DNA of 36,369 nucleotides from Cruoricaptor ignavus (GTDB lineage Bacteria; Bacteroidota; Bacteroidia; Flavobacteriales; Weeksellaceae): NCBI GenBank assembly GCA_030538575.1, contig JAUNTR010000002.1, positions 1 to 36,369 of the forward strand, read 5' to 3'. Shown piece by piece: positions 30,316 to 36,369 of this stretch (position 1 is its first letter; each line of letters starts with the position of its first letter). The notes under the pieces were generated by a model. It saw only the letters and a program-made list of their open reading frames with translations, ran no database searches and was not told where the DNA came from. The position numbers and the translations under genes were made by a program.

Positions 30316-30323
30316 TATCTTTG
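30316..30323 (+). promoter_or_regulatory. Bacteroidota-type -7 promoter box (TATCTTTG)
   Basis: agttatctttgcaga lies 11 nt upstream of the ATG at 30334. Confidence 0.5.
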
Positions 30324-30333
30324 CAGAACAATA

Positions 30334-31488
30334 ATGAAAAGTAACAAAAAAATAAAAATCCTCTTCCGCCTTCGTTCCCTCGAAATGGGTGGCGTTCCGC
30401 GTGTGGTTTTGGATTTGCTAAGAAATTTACCAAAGGATAAATTCGATATCACACTGATGCTCAACCTTTACCAAGGTGAATTGAGAACGGAAATCCCGAA
30501 AGATATCCAACTCATCACTCTTGCAAAAGGCAAGGAAGATTACAGCAAAAATCCTTTAATACAAAAAATACAGTTGGGTCTTAGACGACTGAAACTGGAA
30601 ATCTACGACAAATTTCCTGCTCTACTCTATGCCCTTAAAGTAAGGGATAAATACGACATCGAAGTTTCTCCAGGTTATGCAGAGTTCGAAATGGTACTGA
30701 ACTCACCCAATAAAAAATCAAAAAAAATTGGCTGGTTTCATACCGATGTGAGTTATGATAAAGACCAAAACCGTGTCCTGAAACGCATCGAACTGATGAA
30801 ACGTTTCGATTGGATGATTTTTGGAGCCGCACAAACCCGACAAGTGATTCAGGATTTATACGGTGTTTCTTACCCAAAAAGTTCCGTGATTTACAATGTC
30901 ATCAAACTATCGGAAGCCCGAGAAAAAGCCAATGCTTTCCCTGTGGATTTTGAAACGAAACCCGTATTTTCATCTATGGGCAGACTACACAGCAGAAAAG
31001 GCTACGACATGCTGATGCGGATACATAAAAGACTTTTGGATGATGGATTAATGCACAGCATCGCTGTAATTGGAGGAGGCAACGAAATGGAAAATCTACA
31101 AAAACAAAGACAAGATTTGGGTGTAGAAAAAACCTTTCTTCTATTGGATAGCCAAACCAATCCTTGGCCTTACATTCAGGCTTCGGATTATTTTGTATTA
31201 CCATCTAAATCAGAAAGTTACCCTTTAACTATTGGCGAAGTCATGGGACTTTATAAACCAATAATCTCTACCAATGTTGGTGGAATTCCGGAAATGATAG
31301 AGCATGGTGTAGATGGGATTTTAGTAAACTGTGATGAGGATGAAATCTACGAAGCGATGAAACAATTTCTCACCAATTCCGAACTGGTAGAAACCATAAA
31401 AAACGGCACCAAAAATGCTGATACTAAATTTGATGAACAAGTGATTTACAGACAAGTTTCTGATATTTTTGAAACCGTTTTACAATAA
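30334..31488 (+). CDS. Glycosyltransferase family 4 (GT-B, group 1)
   Basis: ORF 30307..31488 starts at a TTG; the first ATG is at 30334 (MKSNKKIKILFRLRSLEMGGVPRVV), 384 aa. PSKSESYPLTIGEVMGLYKPIISTNVGGIPEMIEHGVDGILV motif present. Confidence 0.88.
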   Translation: MKSNKKIKILFRLRSLEMGGVPRVVLDLLRNLPKDKFDITLMLNLYQGELRTEIPKDIQLITLAKGKEDYSKNPLIQKIQLGLRRLKLEIYDKFPALLYALKVRDKYDIEVSPGYAEFEMVLNSPNKKSKKIGWFHTDVSYDKDQNRVLKRIELMKRFDWMIFGAAQTRQVIQDLYGVSYPKSSVIYNVIKLSEAREKANAFPVDFETKPVFSSMGRLHSRKGYDMLMRIHKRLLDDGLMHSIAVIGGGNEMENLQKQRQDLGVEKTFLLLDSQTNPWPYIQASDYFVLPSKSESYPLTIGEVMGLYKPIISTNVGGIPEMIEHGVDGILVNCDEDEIYEAMKQFLTNSELVETIKNGTKNADTKFDEQVIYRQVSDIFETVLQ

Positions 31489-31503
31489 TCAACCATTAAT
31501 AAC

Positions 31504-31511
31504 TATCTTTG
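31504..31511 (+). promoter_or_regulatory. Bacteroidota-type -7 promoter box (TATCTTTG)
   Basis: aactatctttgcaaa lies 20 nt upstream of the ATG at 31531. Confidence 0.5.
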
Positions 31512-31530
31512 CAAAACCTACAAAACACAA

Positions 31531-32445
31531 ATGAGTAAAATCACGATTATAACGCCCACGTACAACCGTGCCCATACTTTGCCAAGGGTTTACGAATCTC
31601 TGAAAAAACAAACTTTTCAGGATTTTGAATGGATGATAATGGATGATGGTTCAACCGATGATACGGAGAATTTGGTTAAGGAATTTCAGCAGGAAAATAC
31701 AATTCGTATTTCTTATTTCCGAGAAAAAAACAGACACAAATTCCTCACTGTTTTGGATGGAATAAAAAAGGTAAAATCGCCCTATCATATGATTGTAGAT
31801 TCAGATGATTCTTATCCCGAAAACTCATTGGAAATCCTCTACAACGAAGCAGAAAAAATCACCAACCCAAACGATTATATTGGAATTATGGGACTTTCCG
31901 CCGATGAAAACGGAAATATCGTTGGCAACTCTTATCCCAAGAATGGTTTCGATGGAAGCATCTTCGATATGCGTTATAAACATAAAGTGAGGGGCGACAA
32001 ATTTGGAATTTTCTTTTCCAAATCTTATCTAAAACAAATTGAAGGCAAGGATTATTCCGAATACGAAGGCAAGGGCTATATTCCGCAGTCGGTAATTTTC
32101 AATGAATATGATGCAAAAGGACTGAAAACAAGATTCATCAATCAAGTTGTAAGAATTTACCATAAAGATGAAAACGATAGTGCTTCGGTTTCCAACACAC
32201 GATGGACGGGGAAAAATGTTTTTGGTTTAAGGGAAGGCCATTTGTCTTTTCTAAATTGCTACGGCTCTCAACTTTTTTCGTATCCAAAGGCTTTAATAAG
32301 AAATTTGATAGGTTATCAATTTTATTCATTTAAAAATAAAAATTCTTTCGGCGAAATTCTTTCGGATGTGAAACCTGTTTTTATAAAGATATTGGGCGTT
32401 TTGGCATTGCCGTTTAGTTTTGTTTATCATAAATTGAAAGGGTAA
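31531..32445 (+). CDS. Glycosyltransferase family 2
   Basis: 304-aa ORF: KITIITPTYNRAHTLPRVYESLKKQTFQDFEWMIMDDGSTDDT with a VDSDD motif. Confidence 0.85.
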   Translation: MSKITIITPTYNRAHTLPRVYESLKKQTFQDFEWMIMDDGSTDDTENLVKEFQQENTIRISYFREKNRHKFLTVLDGIKKVKSPYHMIVDSDDSYPENSLEILYNEAEKITNPNDYIGIMGLSADENGNIVGNSYPKNGFDGSIFDMRYKHKVRGDKFGIFFSKSYLKQIEGKDYSEYEGKGYIPQSVIFNEYDAKGLKTRFINQVVRIYHKDENDSASVSNTRWTGKNVFGLREGHLSFLNCYGSQLFSYPKALIRNLIGYQFYSFKNKNSFGEILSDVKPVFIKILGVLALPFSFVYHKLKG

Positions 32446-32448
32446 ATT

Positions 32449-33510
32449 ATGGAGAACAAAAGAATTACAATATTAGATAGTGTTCGGGTGATTGCCGTAA
32501 TCATGGTAATGTGCCATCATTATTACAGCGAATCAAGGTATCCAGAAATAGCACATTTATTTCATTTTGGCTTTTTAGGTGTTCCCTTATTTTTCATTAT
32601 TTCAGGGTTCGTAATTTCACTAACACTCGAACGCACAGATAATTACAAAAATTTTATAAAAAAACGATATATAAGATTAGCTCCCGCAATGCTAGTTTGT
32701 TCTACCATTACCTTTGTATTCTTCAAGTTTTTTTACACGGGGGAAGGCTATGGGTTTTCCAAACAATGGGTTAGTTATTTAATTGCCAATACTTTTATAG
32801 ACCCAAATGTTTTCAATATACCTTCGGGCAAAGTACGCTATTATTATTTGGATAACGCCTATTGGAGCCTTTGGGTAGAAATTTGTTTCTACTCGCTAAT
32901 TGGAGCTTTGTATTTCTTTTTCAAGAAAAAATATTTGATGCTTTATACCATTATTTGTATAATTGGTACGCCTATTTTTCTTTTATTTTATAGTTCTACA
33001 GGGCATCATTTATTTTTAAAATATAATGTTTTCAGTGAAGAACAGTTAGCTCATCTAAAAGTCATTGCTCGGGCTTGTGCATTTTTCAATGAATGTTTCT
33101 GGTTTTTAGTAGGGCTTTTATTACACAAATTATTTACCAATAAAACAGAGAAAAAATGGCTTTGGTATATGCTTGCAACATTTTCAATCATTCTGTTAAA
33201 AGAAAAGAGTTTGGTAGTTACTTTATTCTCAATCGTTACTTTTGTTTTCTTAATGATATTTGTTTATAAGCCTTCCCTATTATCATTTATGAATAATAAA
33301 ACTCTGGTTACTCTCGGCATAGCATCTTATGCAATGTATCTAATACATTATCACTTAGGCGTTGTTTTAGTCGGTTATTTATCCTCAGAGTATCAGTTAG
33401 GTTATTTTGCACCTATAGTTGTTATAGGATTGGTTTTAGGATTTGGCGTTGTTTTTTATAAATTTTTAGAAAGACCCATCACATCATTTTATCGTAGAAT
33501 AATTTTGTAA
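32449..33510 (+). CDS. Acyltransferase family 3 (membrane O-acyltransferase), second copy in locus
   Basis: 353-aa polytopic ORF. ILDSVRVIAVIMVMCHHY N-terminus and multiple hydrophobic segments. Confidence 0.75.
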   Translation: MENKRITILDSVRVIAVIMVMCHHYYSESRYPEIAHLFHFGFLGVPLFFIISGFVISLTLERTDNYKNFIKKRYIRLAPAMLVCSTITFVFFKFFYTGEGYGFSKQWVSYLIANTFIDPNVFNIPSGKVRYYYLDNAYWSLWVEICFYSLIGALYFFFKKKYLMLYTIICIIGTPIFLLFYSSTGHHLFLKYNVFSEEQLAHLKVIARACAFFNECFWFLVGLLLHKLFTNKTEKKWLWYMLATFSIILLKEKSLVVTLFSIVTFVFLMIFVYKPSLLSFMNNKTLVTLGIASYAMYLIHYHLGVVLVGYLSSEYQLGYFAPIVVIGLVLGFGVVFYKFLERPITSFYRRIIL

Positions 33511-33515
33511 ACATT

Positions 33516-34448
33516 ATGGAAAAAATTATTACAATTATTGTAACATATAACGGTATGAAGTGGGTGGACAGCTGTTTATCCAGTCTAAGAAATTCTTCAC
33601 ATCCCACAGATATTGTGGTAATAGACAATGGCTCTACAGACGAAACCACTTATTATATCACAGAAAATTATCCCGAAGTAAAAGTCATAAAATCCAAAGA
33701 AAATCTGGGGTTCGGTAAAGCAAATAATCTTGGAATAAAAATAGGGCTGGAGGAAAATTACGACTATTTTTTCCTACTGAACCAAGATGCTTGGGTTTTC
33801 CCAAATACCATTGGCAATTTAGTTGAAGATTTCTCACATAATTCTGATTTTGGTATCATTAGCCCTATACAACTTAAAAAGAATTTGGAAATAGAAACTA
33901 TTTTCAGAAGTTATATTAAAGATTTGGAATCCGATATTAAAATCGTGCAAGAAAACACCTCAGCCTATGAAACAAATGTAAAAGAAGTAGATTTTACAAA
34001 TGCCGCTGTTTGGATGATTTCAGCAAAATGCATAGAGAATGTAGGAGGTTTCAGCCCACTGTTCTACCATTATGGTGAAGATGTAGATTACCTCCACAGA
34101 GTGAAATATCATAAACTAAAGCACGGTGTTTCTATAAATACCTTTGCCATACACGATAGAAATGCAAAGCCTCGTGAAACGGTAAAAGAATATAACAAAA
34201 GGAAAAAGCACCCAGGTCCTTGGCCCCTAAAATATTACAATATTTTGGCTGATCCTAATTTTACATTTTTTTATGCAGTCATAAAATCATTCATCTTATT
34301 TATAACAAGTTTGGGAAAGCATTTGTTAAAAGGCAATTTTTTCAGTGTAAAGTATGATTTTATAGTGATAAAAGAAGTTATCCGCAAATTGAACTTTATT
34401 TCCAATATAAGAAAACAAGCAAAACAAAAAACAGCGTTTATTAAATGA
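33516..34448 (+). CDS. Glycosyltransferase family 2 (rhamnosyltransferase-like)
   Basis: 310-aa ORF: ITIIVTYNGMKWVDSCLSSLRNSSHPTDIVVIDNGSTDET, GFGKANNLG and YGEDVDY motifs. Confidence 0.8.
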   Translation: MEKIITIIVTYNGMKWVDSCLSSLRNSSHPTDIVVIDNGSTDETTYYITENYPEVKVIKSKENLGFGKANNLGIKIGLEENYDYFFLLNQDAWVFPNTIGNLVEDFSHNSDFGIISPIQLKKNLEIETIFRSYIKDLESDIKIVQENTSAYETNVKEVDFTNAAVWMISAKCIENVGGFSPLFYHYGEDVDYLHRVKYHKLKHGVSINTFAIHDRNAKPRETVKEYNKRKKHPGPWPLKYYNILADPNFTFFYAVIKSFILFITSLGKHLLKGNFFSVKYDFIVIKEVIRKLNFISNIRKQAKQKTAFIK

Positions 34449-35283
34449 TACTATCTATTATTACTCCAGTTTACAACACTATGCCTAATCTAATAAAAGA
34501 GTGCTTAGTAAGTATTGAAGCTGCCAAAATAAACTATCCCTATGAAGTTATTTTAATAAATGACGGAAGTACAAATGAAGAGGTGAATAGTTTTTTAAAC
34601 AATTATAAAGCGGAAAATACAACAGTTATTTTTAAAGAAAGTAATACAGGTCTCTCCGATGCACGAAATGTGGGAATAGAAAAAGCAAAAGGAAAGTTTA
34701 TACTTTGTTTAGATTCTGACGATGTATTATTACCCGAAATAAATAATGCTATAAAGTTTTTATTGAAAAACAAAAAATATGATATTGTATATTGTGATAC
34801 ACAATTTTTTGGCGATAACAACACCCTTCGCAAAAGAGGTGATTTTTCAAAATTCAAAATGCAATACCTTTATAACTTCATTACCGCTACAGCCCTTTAC
34901 AGGAAGGATATATCTGGAAATGGGGGGGGTACAGTACGGAAATGAAAACCAATGAGGATTGGGATTTTTGGGCGAAAATGGCAAGTGCAGGATTTTGCTT
35001 CAAATATCTACCAAAGCCATTTTTCAAATATAGAAAAATAATGAATGGGCAATCCTTATCCCAAAGAACCCGTAACGAAACTGAATTTTATGCCACAAAA
35101 ATAAAATCACAATTCAACCCACACAAAGAAATTACAATCCCTGAAATCAATAAATATATTCTCAATAATTTTAAAGATAATAAAAAATATATTTTCAAGC
35201 TTTTACTTATTATTTTATTTCCAAGGATATTTAATTTTTTCAAGAAAGCCAAGTTATTTAAAAATGATATTATTATAGAGTAA
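34445..35283 (+). pseudogene. Glycosyltransferase family 2 split by a frameshift at a G8 tract (ORFs 34445..34945 and 34942..35283)
   Basis: N-terminal part ILSIITPVYNT...ILINDGSTNEEV...LDSDD. One extra G fuses the frames into 279 aa (..DISGNGGGYSTEMKTNEDWDFWAKM..), restoring the GT2-typical EDWDFW segment. Confidence 0.8.
34922..34929 (+). repeat. Homopolymeric G8 tract (frame-breaking, OFF)
   Basis: Read directly: aat gggggggg tac. Confidence 0.95.
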
Positions 35284-35285
35284 AA

Positions 35286-36219
35286 ATGAACAAGCAGACA
35301 CTTTCCATTACAATACCAACATATAATCGCCCTGAGATATTAGAAAAAACAATACTTTCTTTTATAGATGAGAGCTTATTGTATGATATTAATGTCTATA
35401 TATCTGATGACAGCACAAATAATCTTACCGAAAATCTAATCTTAAAATTACAAAAAACCTACCCTAAATTTAAAATCCACTATCACAAAAACCCGATCAA
35501 TTTAGGGCACGATAAAAATTGTATCAAAGCTTTATCTCTTAGCTCTCAAGACTACATTTGGTATTTGGGTGACTCTTGTTCTATAAATAGGGGGGGTACG
35601 AAAAATTTTGGAAATAATCAATACCAATTCAGTAGATTTTATCAGTTGTACTTCATTTAGCCGAAAGAATATATCTATTAACTCACAAATATACAGCAAT
35701 GGTGATTCATTATTAAATGATTTAGGTTGGCATCTTACAATGACAGGCATTACGATATATAAAAGAAAGTCCTTATTATTAGAGCATTTCAACACAGCTT
35801 TATATCCAAATTTCCCACAGTTTGCCCTTATTTTTTCAACTTTTAATAATAAAAATGTTAAACTATATTGGTTAAATGATAGATTAATTTTCGGAAGCGG
35901 GAAAAAGAAAAGCTATTGGTTAGATAATTTTATGAATGTATTTATAGATGATTTTAGAAAGACTATAAACAATCTCCCCCAAAATTTCAATACAGAAACA
36001 GTAGATAGAGTTATCCGAACCCACAGTGTAAATACAGGAATTTTGAGATACTACAAATTCATAAATTTAAGAATAGAAAATAAATGGAATTACAAACTTT
36101 TAAAATCAAGATTATCAGATATTAAAAAATATTCTGATTTGAATATTTTCATACTAATTTCATTGACATTAATTCCACCAAAACTTTTAAATTTTTTATA
36201 CAAAATAAAGACTAAATGA
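35286..36219 (+). pseudogene. Glycosyltransferase family 2 split by a frameshift at a G7 tract (ORFs 35286..35660 and 35608..36219)
   Basis: N-terminal part LSITIPTYNRPEILEKTILSF...YISDDSTNN. Frame 1 is open from 35587. Loss of one G (G6) or gain of two (G9) fuses the frames into about 310 aa (..SINRGVRKILEIINTNSVDF..). Confidence 0.75.
35590..35596 (+). repeat. Homopolymeric G7 tract (frame-breaking, OFF)
   Basis: Read directly: aata ggggggg tacg. Confidence 0.95.
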
Positions 36220-36369
36220 TACTCCAATCACCTCAATCAGAATGCCGTAGAGAAATTTAACCTATCTTTAATAAAGTATTTGAAAGAACATAACTTTCTG
36301 AAATAAGAAAAATCCTACTTCCCATTAAACCCTGTCATAGCGTTTTGTATTCCTGCAAAAGCGAAAGTA

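Noticed and set aside
36315-36368. Possible 3' end of a minus-strand gene (..TFAFAGIQNAMTGFNGK*) at the window edge
   Set aside because: Only 17 codons are visible, too short to support a call or a product.

Overview
AT-rich chromosomal window with Bacteroidota (Flavobacteriales-like) hallmarks: a SusC/SusD pair, TAnnTTTG -7 promoter boxes and no Shine-Dalgarno sequences. I cannot name the species from sequence alone.

The left ~16 kb is housekeeping, mostly on the minus strand. It holds two guanidino-group-modifying enzymes flanking cutC, then gltA, eno, a small lipoprotein, an orphan SusC/SusD pair and the rimP-nusA-infB operon. Most units are bounded by clear stem-loop terminators.

From 16060 to the window end (>20 kb) lies a large surface-glycan biosynthesis locus. 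It contains ugd, an MsbA/PglK-like fused ABC half-transporter and two family-3 acyltransferases. It also contains a pyruvyl transferase, wecB, an SDR-like protein, a hexapeptide acetyltransferase and about 12 glycosyltransferases. No Wzx, Wzy, Wzz/Wzc, Wza or initiating phosphoglycosyltransferase is visible.

The main signal is five homopolymeric G tracts (G9, G8, G12, G8, G7), all on the coding strand inside genes of this locus. Two tracts are in frame. Three break glycosyltransferase reading frames, and a 1-nt length change in each would restore a full-length protein. This looks like a multi-switch slipped-strand phase-variation (contingency) system, with homopolymer sequencing error as the alternative. 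No rRNA, tRNA, CRISPR array, transposase or integrase was recognised.
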